A program made the translations under genes and the position numbers. A stretch of DNA of 61,583 bases, counting the filler, from Sphacelaria rigidula (taxonomy: Eukaryota), in the NCBI GenBank assembly GCA_964200075.2. It is 10 parts of 10 records of this genome, joined end to end, with 100 filler letters (N's around TTAATTAATTAA, not from the genome) between each part and the next. Parts side by side here need not be neighbours in the genome. Positions count along the whole stretch, not along the records: positions 37,012 to 43,079 come from CAXNAA020022454.1; positions 43,180 to 49,247 come from CAXNAA020022455.1; positions 49,348 to 55,415 come from CAXNAA020022456.1; 7 more parts are not named here. One strand, 5' to 3'. The notes beneath the pieces were generated by a model that saw nothing but the letters and a program-made list of their open reading frames with translations, was not told the origin of the DNA and ran no database searches. Positions 38,175 to 50,197 of this stretch are shown piece by piece. Numbering within the stretch: the stretch's first letter is position 1; each line of letters begins with the position of its first letter.

Positions 38175-38476
38175 ATTGGCGTTCGGATGCTAGAGTGGGT
38201 GACGCGCGTGCCGAGGGATAACTACCGCTGCCGGTCTTGGGTACCTCTTACTGCTGCTCCGGTTAGCTCAAATATACAAAATGAAGATGAATTTATGCCT
38301 TCTGGGATATAAGCTGAGAAGCTCTGATGTTGTTGTCCTCGATAAAGCTGAGAAGCTCTGATGCTGTGTCCTTGATAAATCTGCTCACTGGCGTTTGAAT
38401 GCTAGAGTTGGTGACGCGCGTGCCGAGGGGTGTTTCCGCTGCCGGTCTTGGGTACCTTTCTGCTCCAGTTAGCTCT
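38175..38476. repeat. Local direct duplication of about 90 bp with a nested 30-bp tandem
   Basis: TGGCGTT..ATGCTAGAGT.GGTGACGCGCGTGCCGAGGG...CCGCTGCCGGTCTTGGGTACCT occurs twice, and AAGCTGAGAAGCTCTGATG occurs twice between the copies. Confidence 0.8.
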
Positions 38477-38894
38477 TGTGGCGCTGTAATGCTGTCCGTT
38501 GATGATGTTGTCCTTCTTGTTGTCTGCGGCGTATGCGCGTTTCGATGCCTCGTTGTAAAATCCTTTTAAATCTCCTTGTGCGGCTGCGTACCCTGATTTA
38601 AGCCTACGGCGTGTAAATCCCTACCAGTCGGTACATGAGCCTTGACCCAGGTTTATTTCCTTCGTATCCAGGCAGATCCTGGAGCGTAAGTATGATCGAT
38701 TAACAGTATCCCGCTCATGACAGCGGCCGAGCTGCCATGAGCCCTCACTCTCTCACTCAGCATCTGATCCCTCAGTCATGGGGTCAACTCAGTCTAGGCA
38801 CTCTCCAATAATACAAAAGACAAAACTATATATCCTTCGCCACGGGCCACGGAATACACCCCTCCCGCGCGCCCCGCTCCCTATCGCAGGATGA

Positions 38895-39730
38895 CTCACG
38901 AATGGGAAAACGCTGTCATCACGGTGCCGTTCGACACGAACGACTCTCGCACGAATGTGGCAACTACCGCGGCATCTCCTTAGGGTCCCACGAGAGCAAG
39001 GTGGTTCTCAATATAGCTACGATTCCCCTCGGTGCATACTGTGAATGGAAGAGCATCCTCCCAGAAGCGCAGCGCGACACCCTGGCCCTGCCGGTCGACA
39101 GTCGACATGATGTACGTTGTGCGCAAACCTCAAAAACTGGCCAGATATTATAATCTTCCGCTGTATTGGCTGTACATGTGCTTCACCTCCGGAAAGCGCA
39201 CGACTCAGTCGACCACTCTCTTCTCTGGAAGGTGCTCGCACCATACGGCGTCCCTGTCAAGATGATTTCCGTGATCAGCCAGTTCCACGACGGAATGCGG
39301 GCGTACGGACGCCTTGACAGCGGCGAGACTTCCGAATGATCTGACGTTAACGAAAGCCTCTGTCAAGGCTGTGTGATTGGCCATGATTTGTTCAGCTTCT
39401 TTTCGCGGTGGTGCTGAGGTGACATTCGACCGCTTTTCGATCGGTAAGGCTACGGTGGATGACTTCATTCGCATCGCTACCGGGGGTGCGAACACGAGGA
39501 GGGACATGCTTCGCGAGATTCTTTGGGCCGTGCTGCACGACGACGACGCTTGCATCGCGTGGTGATCCCAACCAAGCCTAGCAAAGATGATTACGGTCAT
39601 CGTCGAAGCCTGTGCAGCCTCCGGTCTCGTTGTGGCGGAAAAGAAGACGGTAGCATTATCCATGCGTTCCCCAAGCGTGAACGCGGATGTGGTTGAGGTG
39701 GAGGCGGCAGGCCAAAGGTGCAAGCAAGTA
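38895..39730 (+). pseudogene. RTE-like LINE reverse transcriptase relic
   Basis: EWENAVI; ECGNYRGISL; LPEAQ; RSTVDMMYVVR; KMISVISQFHDGMRA; LCQGCVI; WAVLHDDDAC (degenerate YADD). Contains frameshifts. Confidence 0.92.
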
Positions 39731-39761
39731 AGAGGAGTATATTCGAGTCTACCTCTAAGTT

Positions 39762-40899
39762 GCCATCCCATATATTATTTTGGACGCCAGTCTACATCTT
39801 TCGGTTTGTGTGGGCTCATCGGCCGAGGTCGCACAGGATCGAGAAAGGCCAACACAGGAGTTCATTTTATTTTATTTTGTTTTAGTTCTCGTAGTCCACC
39901 TTCCTCCTGCGGTGCTTGGTTTCTTTTTATCGCGAGGGGGGGCCGGCGGTCCGACCTTCAAGTCGAATTGTGTGTACCCACGACGTAGTCGCTCTTCATT
40001 GTTGGGTATGGTGCAGGGGGCAGCGCGGAGAAAATTTTCGGACACGTAGGCCTACCCCCCCTCCCCCTCCCGGAGGACATTTTTTCGAAAATTGTCATGA
40101 TTTTTTCGTTTTTTTTCTTGTCAAGTTTGTCGCAAGGAATTGATCAATAAACACTGTTTTGTTTTTTTGTTAATTTCGTTACAAGAAATTGATAAATAAA
40201 CGCTGACATAAACCGAAAAGTCTGGTGGGCTCCGTGAGGTTAGTATATCTGCTTCTGCTCCTTGCCCGTTCTGTCCCGATGACCTCAGATGCCGGAGTGC
40301 ATTTTTTCAACAATTAAAATTATCTTGATTCTTTAATACAGTTTCTGTTAACTTTGTTGCAATAAATTGATCAATGAACATTGACAAGATCCGAAAAAAT
40401 TGGCGGGCTTTGCGGGGTGTACGTTTGCTTCCTTTACATATTTATATACGTTTACATAATATGTAATACAAGGATCATATGTATTATATAGCATCCATAT
40501 CAATATATAATTATATAATATAGTATATACTGCCCCTTGATATGTATGTTCATATATAATTATATATATATAACTACATTATTTATAATATGTAATGTAG
40601 CATATAAAATATAATACATATAATATATGATATGATATATAATATATGTAAGGATATCTACTGTCTACGGCAGCTGGCCGCATCCGCCAACGCTTCGGCA
40701 AAAAACCACGGCTGCGTGTCCCCCCCCTCAAAAATTCGAATTTTCGATTCTGGGGTCTATGTGTCCTGAATGTTTTTCTTCGCTGCCGCCTGCATGGTGT
40801 GAGAAAAATCCCGATCGTGTGATTTCACCGAGATTCGAACCCACGACCCAACCGTCAGAGGGTTTTAAGGTTACCAACTGAGCCACCGGGGCGACCGGC
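39762..40899 (-). mobile_element. SINE split by a DNA transposon insertion
   Basis: Body at 39762-40013 and head (A/B boxes) at 40793-40899. Removing the insert restores TTGGG(C/T)ATGGTGTGAGAAA as seen at 5210-5230. Confidence 0.85.
40014..40792. mobile_element. Non-autonomous hAT/P-like element with an AT-rich interior
   Basis: TIRs CAGGGGGCAGCG / CGCTGCCGCCTG and a 7-bp TSD TATGGTG/CATGGTG. Confidence 0.75.
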
Positions 40900-41204
40900 T
40901 GTTACTGCTGTGATTTCAAAAGTGGATCGATCTTAGCCCACGCCATACTGTACTACGCTATGCTTGTATCGTGTGTTCTCAGCGACATACATTTGAAGAA
41001 CCACCTGCTATCATTTTTTATTGTCTGATAACATTAATAGCAACGAGGATACGGAAACCATCCATCCTTGAGACAACTTTGAGGTCTGCTCCACGGTACA
41101 TGGCGACACACAAGGCCGACGAACCGACCACCCCCCTGGATATGGTGTCATCTAGTTACGACCTACCTAGCAGTGCCAGAATGCTCCGGGGGTGGTGAGC
41201 AAGT

Positions 41205-41615
41205 AACAGTGGATTCTCGAAAATGGGGTTGAAAAAAAAATGAGGTTCAACTTAAAAGTCGTGCTTTCCCTGACCTAATTTCATGACAAATGACTTTCAT
41301 ATGGACGACCTCATCCCTCCCGACCCCCTAAAACTATTCCAGGGGATATCTAGCCTTCCGTTCCCCCAAAGGGTATCTGCGACAGCACGATTTCTGGGCC
41401 AAAAAACGTTTTTTTTTCCCACCCCGAAGTCGAGGCCAAAGTGTGCTTTCGCACATACCCTTTGGGGGAACGGAAGGCTAGGAACCCCCCCGAAATAGTT
41501 CTGGGAGGTCGGGAAGGGTGAGGTCGTCCGTATGAAAGCCATTTCTCATGAATTTAGGTCGGCTTTTGAATTGAACCTCATTTTTTTTTAACCCTATTTT
41601 CGAAAATCCGCTGTT
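41205..41615. mobile_element. Foldback MITE with AACAG termini (family B)
   Basis: AAGT|AACAGTGGATT ... AATCCGCTGTT|AAGT, with arms inverted over about 185 bp. Related ends at 24676-24737, 49348-49412 and 61537-61583. Confidence 0.9.
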
Positions 41616-41965
41616 AAGTCAGGGCTGGCTCAAGTTGGCATGCCACGAGCCGTCAAGCTCGGAGTCAGTGCCCCCCGTAACGGCATTTTACACTCCATAT
41701 ATGTGCCTCAAGAGCTACTGCCACAGCTGCCGCGGTGCAACGCAGGATCTTTGAAACGTCGACTGGCATAGAATATGTACATAGTATGTACAGGACATCG
41801 GGGTTACAGAAGGTAATGATGAAAAAATCAGACTTCTTGCTTCGCATATTTTTGGACGCTGGACATTTCTCCAACTTGGTACGAGACGCTACACAACCAC
41901 CGTCGCCACCGCCACCATCAATCACTTCCATGCTACTGTGGTCAATTTACTGCCGTACAGCGCAA

Positions 41966-42312
41966 CCGGTCGCCCCGGTGCCTCAGTTGGTAACCTCGAA
42001 ATCTTCTGACGGTTAGGTCGTGGTTTCAAATATCGGAGCGACTTCTGTCATACCATGCCCAACAGTGGAGAGCGATCATGTCGTGGGTTCGACTCTACGG
42101 TCGACGAGGGAAAGGGACTGCTGAACCCCTCTCGCGAAAAAAAAAAGAGGCAAGCACCGCAGAAGGAAGGTGGGGTACGAAAAAGAAATAAAAAAGAGAA
42201 AGCTCCTTTGTTGACCTTCCTCTTGTGTGACCCCGGCTGGTGCGCCCACATGTACCAACAGGTGTAGACCGGGGTCCAGAATAGATGGGACGACAACACA
42301 ACAACACACACA
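41966..42312 (+). mobile_element. Full-length tRNA-derived SINE
   Basis: CCGGTCGCCCCGGTGCCTCAGTTGG (A box), degenerate B box GGTTTCAAAT, conserved body and a CAACAC tail. Confidence 0.88.
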
Positions 42313-43482
42313 GCGAAACCAACAAAAGTAGTGTCCAGGGCCAAACTGGTTCTGCAGGGATCTTCATCGCAAGTCACAAGCACACCACACCACTCATCGT
42401 GCGCACGACCGTCCGCGTGTGCCACGATTGGCACACTATAATGCGTACCTATCATGTTACATACAACAAACTGTCTCCTCGCACGCAACAAACACGGCGA
42501 CAATTTCCGCGAACTTCGCAGATCGCACAGCCGATAGAGTACTCACCCAACAAGTCATGAGCTCATGGGACTTTTCATCAGACACTCACTTACTCACAGC
42601 TAGATGCCGTACTGTAGCCAAGGACGTGTAAGTTTGCATCTGAGGGCACAAAATTGTAGATATTCTAGACAAGAGTCATCACCCAGCCATCACGAAACCG
42701 CTGAACTAGCCATGTCATCACTACTTTTTTTACGAATCCCACATGTCTACGTGCCTCTTTTTTCATGAGGAAGAATGTGTTACTGCAGTGGTCGTCATCG
42801 ACCCCAAACATGTCATTATTCGGGAATATCTATTGTAGCAGCACGCGGTAACAAGGATTTTAGACAGTAACGAAGCACCTCGACACAGTCGTTCAAAATT
42901 GGGAAAACAAGCAAGAATCAAGACGTTCCAACAAATCACTCTCGACATCATTCGATTCTTCCCATGTTTACAACACACACGCGCACTACTCCGAACAACT
43001 AAACAATCCCCCCGACCCACCCCCCCCCCCCCCCCCCCACCACCCCACCCCATCAAAACACCAAGAAAGCCCCCCACACNNNNNNNNNNNNNNNNNNNNN
43101 NNNNNNNNNNNNNNNNNNNNNNNTTAATTAATTAANNNNNNNNNNNNNNNNNNNNNNNNNNNNNNNNNNNNNNNNNNNNTCTACGATAGCCCCCCCCCCC
43201 AAAAGTGCAAGGTTTTGGGAGGCACGATCTTCACGTGAATCGGAGAGGGAAAAGCCGAGCACAACGAGAAGCTGGGAATGCCCACGGTTGGGTACGTTCT
43301 AGCCAATGTCGCCAATATGAGGCGCTTCATGCAGCCTGAACTCGAACATCAGGCGCTGTACGGCCATTTTTTTCGCGACTACTTTTTTAGCTGGTTTTGG
43401 GGGGGGGGGATATCGTAAAAAGTGTCAAACGCACAGGATATGCGACAAATGCTTGAGGGCACATCACAGTGCCGATGCGGGG

Positions 43483-44005
43483 ATGGGTGAGTCGTCGAGC
43501 AGTTAGGACGGCTCATCGAGCAGCTCGTCGGACAGCGATGAGATCTTCATAAACACCAAAAAGAAAAAGCAAAAGCAGCAGAAGGCCACCGGCGCCAAAA
43601 AGCGCAGGCGGCTATCGATGGAGGAGAAGGCGGAGATGATGAAACTGATGGAGAACGGCATCAACCGCCCAGAGGTTGCCACGGAATTCAAAATCGGCCT
43701 ACGGACCGTGGCGCGCGCGAAATCCAACGCACCCGATAAAAAAAGCAGAATGGTGTTCAGGAAGAAGAAGAGAGCGACGAAGAAATTGAGATCGTGAATC
43801 CCGACAAGGAAAGCGAGACGAGGAACACTGCACCAACCCCGTGCCGTATAGTTTCCGACCAGTTGAATTTCCTTGAGGAGTGGGCTGAACGGTGTAGGAT
43901 TGAGGATGCGTACTCGGCGGTTCGCGAGGCCAAGATGGCTTTTATCGAAGCACACGCCATGCGGCGCTCTCCACAGACCGATATGCGCAGCTTCTTCCGC
44001 GGAGT
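43483..44005 (+). pseudogene. Internally deleted pogo/Tigger-type transposase
   Basis: KKRRRLSMEEKAEMMKLMENGINRPEVATEFKIGLRTVARAK is a CENP-B/psq-type HTH. A frameshift leads directly to an acidic C-terminus ending QTDMRSFF. There is an early TAG and no DDE domain. Confidence 0.8.
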
Positions 44006-44645
44006 TTCTTCTCAACCGGAGCGGGGTTTGCTGGACTGTGTTTCTTGGTCGCCCGGTGTAGGGAATGCGATTTGGCACGTTGTTTTGTATCCATTTCGCG
44101 TCGGTGGTGCTGTACGTTCCGAGGCTTTTTCACGAATTTGGAATGTGGTTGCCATCGTAGGATTCTAGTTGTAGGGATTCGCTTGTGAGTCTCTGTTGGA
44201 CAATGCGTTCATGTTTCTCGACTTGGGGTCGTCGTCGCTGATTTTGTTGTCCTGTCTCTGAACTGCGTAGGGATATGCTTGATGTTGTACTGTACGGAGT
44301 GAGCTTACCTAAGGAGCAGTACAGTATATAGTCAATACTTGCCTGATTAATCGATTGATTTCCTCAAATTACTGATTCGCTTCGAACCCGCTGTTGCCTG
44401 TATAATAATACTACTACTAATATATATATATATAACATAACGATAACATAAAATACCATACTTGGAAACCTTTGTGCTCTGGGACGTCTCCATTTCATTT
44501 TGCTCCACATTGACGACGCAGTTGCACGCTGCCTGCAAGTTTGGCCTCTTTGAAGGCGCACTGTGCCTTCAAAGAGGCCACTTTCACCACAAGGCATGTG
44601 CCCTTTCAAGGGCACACTTCTTCGGCCGACCCAGGGGTGCCTTAA

Positions 44646-44794
44646 CCCTTAGACCGCGAGATTTGTCTCTCTGGATCATGCATACTTTTTTAAGACCCTT
44701 AGGCCGCGAGGTAAGTCTTCGGTTGAGAAAGCATCAATTTCAAGTGCAAAAAAAGTATGCACGATCCAGAAAGACTAATCTCGCGGTCTACGGG
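44646..44794. mobile_element. piggyBac-like MITE with a duplicated end
   Basis: TTAA|CCCTTAGACCGCGAG ... CTCGCGGTCTACGGG|TTAA, with an extra CCCTTAGGCCGCGAG at about 44696. Confidence 0.8.
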
Positions 44795-44800
44795 TTAAAA

Positions 44801-44999
44801 GAGGTATCTCAAACTCGGCTCCCGATATCCTGGTTCATTCGCTCTGAGTTGTGTACTATTTTTTCAAGTGAAAGTGATCGCGATCTATAGGAGGACCTGT
44901 CCTGGCGGTCAAAGGGTCTCATCATCTGATGAATCGGCATCACTTGAAAAAATAGAACAGAACAAACCAGGACACCGGGAGCCGAGTTTGAGATACCTC
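44801..44999. mobile_element. MITE with GAGGTATCTCAAACTCGGCTCCCG TIRs
   Basis: 24-bp TIRs flanked by TAAAA/TAAAA. Confidence 0.85.
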
Positions 45000-46101
45000 T
45001 AAAAAGGGCCACCCCCTGCATGTAGTCTTCACGTAAGGCGACAGAGCTGTATTTTCCCTTGCTCTTCAACAGTTTGCTTCTTTCGCGTGGAAATTTGAAA
45101 GTGCTACCGAAGCGCATTCTTTTCCTCCTTGTTGATGTTCTTTCTTCCACAGAATGCCGGTCTCATCTATTCTGCTCGGGGCAACTTCGATCGCGACTGT
45201 GAGTGATGTTTTGAATCGGCATCAGCCTCAGTTACAGATTTTTTTTCCAAGTGCTAGCATAACCACCATGGCGGTCAAAACAGCACTGGTAACAGGTATT
45301 GTCACCGGGAAAGCTGTTGGTCGTCACACTAAAGATATCAGGGTATCAGTGTTGTGCTGCGATGCCTCCCCCCCCTCCCAAGCCAGCCCCAAAACTGTCA
45401 CGGAGAGACGGCCACACAGCGCATGATAGCTGGTTTCAGACTGCATGAAGCACCCCATATGGATGACGTTGACGAAACCGATCCCAAGCGTGGAAGTTCC
45501 CAGCTGGTCGATTGTTGTTGTTGTCGTTGTTGTTGTTGGGTTTACATGTAGATTTTGCCTTCTCAACCGACCATTTTCCTGCGGGGGGCTATCATCGCGG
45601 CATCACTCGTACACGCATCACGTCTGAGGTTAGTTTACCACTTCTTGGTAGGTACCGGAAGTTTGTCGGAAATTCATGATTTCGAGAATAACACTACGAG
45701 TGAGGCTAACCCTGACCCTAACCTCAAACCCAACGAAGGAATACCGAGAACCCTCGGGCAAGGGCGGTGCAACGTGTCTTCTACAAATAAAGTTTGCATT
45801 TTCAGACCCCAGGCATCGATCTAGACAAGAAGGCATTCTGCGCACGCCAGGAGCACGCCAGGAGCACAACACCACCATTAAGGATCCGAATTTACACCAT
45901 ACTAAAATCCACCGACCAAGTGGTGAACGCTCTGTCACATCTTTCCCCATTCTCAATTCTCGGCCGTTCAAGGTCCCACAGACAAGCGGGAATGTGCAGG
46001 TGTGAGGCATGTTATTGAAGTCGATACTCATATGCTTCCATACAATAGATGATTGTCAGATGAGCACGTACCTTAATGGTTGTCGACGTGCTAGAGGTTA
46101 A

Positions 46102-46199
46102 CCCTTAGATCGCGAGGTTAGTCTTCTGTTGAATCGGCATCAATTTCAAGTGAAAAAAAGTGTGCATGATCCGGAGAGACTAATCTCGCGGTCTAAGGG
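46102..46199. mobile_element. piggyBac-like MITE
   Basis: TTAA|CCCTTAGATCGCGAG ... CTCGCGGTCTAAGGG|TTAA. Confidence 0.88.
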
Positions 46200-49100
46200 T
46201 TAAGCGATGCACATGGCAGTACTTACAGCAGTAGCCAGGCGCATAAGGCAGGGGCGAAAAAACAGACAATACTTGTACAGTACAACAGTGTGTGCGATCA
46301 AAGTGCTGGAGCTTGATCAGGAAGCGGACAGTTTACCCATAGAACCAGCGAGCGCTCACTGGTTCAATCCGTGAAGTGTTCTTCCTCTGAGCTGTTTTGC
46401 TTCCTGAACAGCGCCACACTTGTGCATACTATCGCACGTTGCGCTACACTGATTGTGTATTGTATGCACTGAGTCAAGAATGGCGTAAGCATGTGTAAAA
46501 ACTAGCTTGCGCACCCCCCCCCTGTAGATCAAGTCTCGCGGTGTCAACTTTCATTCATTGTGCTGTCGTACTAGTTCTTATTATGTGCAACCGGATGTTT
46601 TCCGCTGCATGTGTACGAACGCACCGCAGAAGGCCAAGGATGCGAACAGGAGCACGAGCGCAGGCCACGCAAAAATACCCAGTAGATCCATGAATCCCAG
46701 CAGCAGTAACCAGCCCGTCTCAACAACAGCTTGCAAACCACTCCAAATATTCGCTATCGCGCTGCCCATCTTTCGTGTTCGTCAACCGCAGCCGGTTATC
46801 TCTTATACACAGACGGTATGTTACAGACGGCAGAAATGAGCTCCGGCAGTGCCGACTTGCGCTGTAGCTTGTGGTGGGGGCTGAAGGCAGTAGGGTCACC
46901 CGAGTTTGTCTCCAAATGAACGATGGTTGATGGGCACATGGAATTTTGACGAATGTGACCCAAACCTGTAGAGGGACTACTGTATGTAGTTATGCGCAAA
47001 GGTCTTTCTTTTCGGATAGATGGGGTTTTATAGGGTTCTCACGGCAGCCAGGGGATTCTTCAACACCCTACTTGATCACGGGTACAAACGACGGCGAAAC
47101 CAAAAATCCACCGAAAGCAGAGCAGAGAGTGGGGGGAAAAGCCAACATAACCAAGAACTAGACACTGGCAAGGTGATCCACCCCTCTCTCCGGTGCACAC
47201 AGCGGAGAGCCGGGCTGGTGTGGTGAGCGACTGACGAAAAATAAGTCAGCATGGTTTTGTGGTCGCTTTATCTTGTTGTGTCGTCTTTCTTGCGCTGTTT
47301 GTGTTGGGAACCCAAGGAAATTTCTCAGTGTTCCTATATATTTGACGGAGGGCTCAGGAATTCCTAGGTTTGAGGTCAGGAAACAAATGCAGGAATCTCC
47401 AACTAAATGGATCTTTGATGAAGATCCTTAGAAGATTGAGGACCCGACCCAAGAACGTCACAGAACATACGTTCCATTCATACTGTACCACATTCCACCA
47501 ATAATTGCGGACGGACTGTGAACCCTCCCGATGAGGGGTGTCGTTATGTCATGCAGTTCTTGTCTTGATGCACCTGGTATGCTTCTACGTATGGCTGCCC
47601 CTCGAGAGGCCGCAAGATGGAACGTTGCGATTCTTAGTTCTTTAGTTCTTCGGGCGGCGGTATTCGGGGCCTGGAGTCTCACCTGTAGTCGGACCCTGTG
47701 TTCATTTCTACTTGTTGTCGCGCGTCGAGTTGGAAAACCGAGTGCCACCCCCTGAAGTCCGAATGGCCACCTGCGGCACCGGATCTTATGAGGTTAGCCA
47801 TATGTACCCCCTTTCTTCAGTTTTATTTATTCCTGTTTTTTTTGCTTGTATCGCGTTTTGTGACTTTTGAATCTGGGTCTATTTTGTTTTTTTTGTTTTT
47901 TTTTGCTAGCCTGTGACCACGGAAGGCGTTCGCATCAGATCCCAGTACCGATGGTAGGTAGGATATGGACGTGTCCTCGCGCATTTTTTTTCGATCGAAA
48001 AAGTGCGGTCGTTTTTTTCGATCTGACAGGCCCACCGCATTCATGTTCCTAGAAGGCTTTAACTCTTATTTATAGTTATAGTGGCGCGCGGAGAAAAAGG
48101 GAAAAAAAATGAAGCTAGAAAGCTTTTCCGATCGAAAACATGGGGTCGGAAGGCACGAAGCGGCACTTGACTCTAATCTTGCAGACCACTACGCCAGATA
48201 CCACCAGTTTACAGAACCAAACAAACTCCACACAACTCGATCCTAGGATAGAGCACGAGTTGAGCACAGGGATAGATACACTGCAGTAGTTTGGTATGCT
48301 TTGTTTATATTCTGTTGGCGAAAACTTGAGCATCTTCTTTTATGGTAGGGATCAGCAACGGAATTGCGTGGCAGGGTGTAATGAAATCCTTTCGAAGGAG
48401 GTGCTCTGAACAGAGAGGGATGTGTAGTAACTCTTCTGTATCAACTTCTTCTACCCTTGATCCACCCAACATCTAGACCGTGCAAGCTCCACGAGCTGCG
48501 TCCAAACCCCGATATGTAGAAATGTAAAAATGAAGGGGCAAAAATGAAGTGCTGCTGTAGGAGCGTACAGAACACATCGCCCCCAATATGGCACATCTAG
48601 TCATGACACAATGTCGACCTTATGGTTGGGCGATTATCTCTCCACCTCGCACGTTTGATATACCGTCAACCTGCCCGGTAATGTACCCGAATTAGTCCAT
48701 GTTCATACGCACTAGGTCTCAGATCAGGAACATTTGAATAGCCCCCCTGGCTGAAGCTTAGTCCTGGTCATATCGTCACGCAAGAAGTATCATGGTCCCC
48801 TTCTCATAAAATCAAACAATGCTCACAATGCAATTACCATGAAGGTCAAAAGACTTGGCAATGCAAAAAACCAAACTTGTCAAGAAAATGGTACCTACTA
48901 TACATTTTACGCCCAACTAATCCTATATTATTACTATCCCATTTGCGGAAGTAAAATCCGTCAAATCTCAGGCCATGTTTTTTCCACGACCCATGACAAA
49001 AGTGTACTTCGAAATCCAAGTTCAATGCATGAAATCAACCGAAAAGAACCCGGCATACGCCATGGCCCATCAAAAAAAGGTTCATGTTGTCAAATCCACC

Positions 49101-49603
49101 GACCTCCTGATCTCTTTCGTGACCACAGCACTTGGTGGGAAACACTTGAAATTTATGTCGACACTCAAGCTCAGATGAAAACAGCCGATCATCTATGTTG
49201 AGGATGGTGCTTTTCATTGAGGATGAGAACCCGGAGGATTAAAATCTNNNNNNNNNNNNNNNNNNNNNNNNNNNNNNNNNNNNNNNNNNNNTTAATTAAT
49301 TAANNNNNNNNNNNNNNNNNNNNNNNNNNNNNNNNNNNNNNNNNNNNGAAAGCACGGCTTTTGAGTTGAACCTCATTTTTTTTTTCAACCCCATTTTCGA
49401 AAATCGGCTGTTAACTGCTACACGCCGTAGAAGTTTGAATTTCAATCACCGAAATGTTGGGGTTTTAGGTGAAAAACTAATTTGAGGGAATTTCGGGTGT
49501 CCAAACGGACGCCAAAATTGTTCCGAAATTGGTTTTTCACCTGGAACCCCAACAGTTCGGTAATCGAAATCCAAATTTCTGTGGCGTGTAGTAGTTGTCA
49601 ATA

Positions 49604-50197
49604 CGAGCTGGGCCAACTTAAAAGCGGCTAAAAGTTGCTCACACCACAGCTTCTCCCGTTTCCCGAATGAACCCGATGTAAGCATATCACTGTGAAGTGT
49701 AGACCAACCTGGTAACACACGGCATCGCCGCTGAATGAAGAAAAAAATTAAAACAAATGTACTGCATAGTGTATGACGTTAACAACGGACGAAAAAAAAG
49801 GAAAATATGTCGGGATTCGAACCCATGACCTCCATAATTGGAGTCTCCCATGAGTTGATTTATAGGGGTGCAGCAGCGTCAGGGAAAATGTTGAACGCAC
49901 GGCCCAATTCGACGACTCTTGAGCTGAAATTTCAGGTAGACCTCCTGCACCCAAGGAACCGATACTTCACATGGGCAGCTGCGGATTCTCTTTTTTTTTC
50001 CTGGACTCATGACATTATCTTGTTTCTGCCGAAATTTCAAATGCCCATAATAGCTCTTGTTTTTTCTTTGCTGCTGAGGTGATCTTCTGCATTTCGATCG
50101 TAAAAAGCTGCTGTCGAAATTTCAGCGTCCAACTCCTAATATCGCAATGTGCGTCGCATGAGCGAGATTCACACCCACCCTTGGCTGACCCAGCTCG
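49604..50197. mobile_element. Tc1/mariner-type non-autonomous element nested in a foldback element
   Basis: TA|CGAGCTGGG ... CCCAGCTCG|TA. The flanks rejoin to GTTGTCAA.AGCTATCAGTA as in the intact copy at about 61056. Similar ends at about 6232 and 8684. Confidence 0.75.

Noticed and set aside
43503..44078. 191-aa minus-strand ORF
   Set aside because: It is antisense to the pogo transposase relic.
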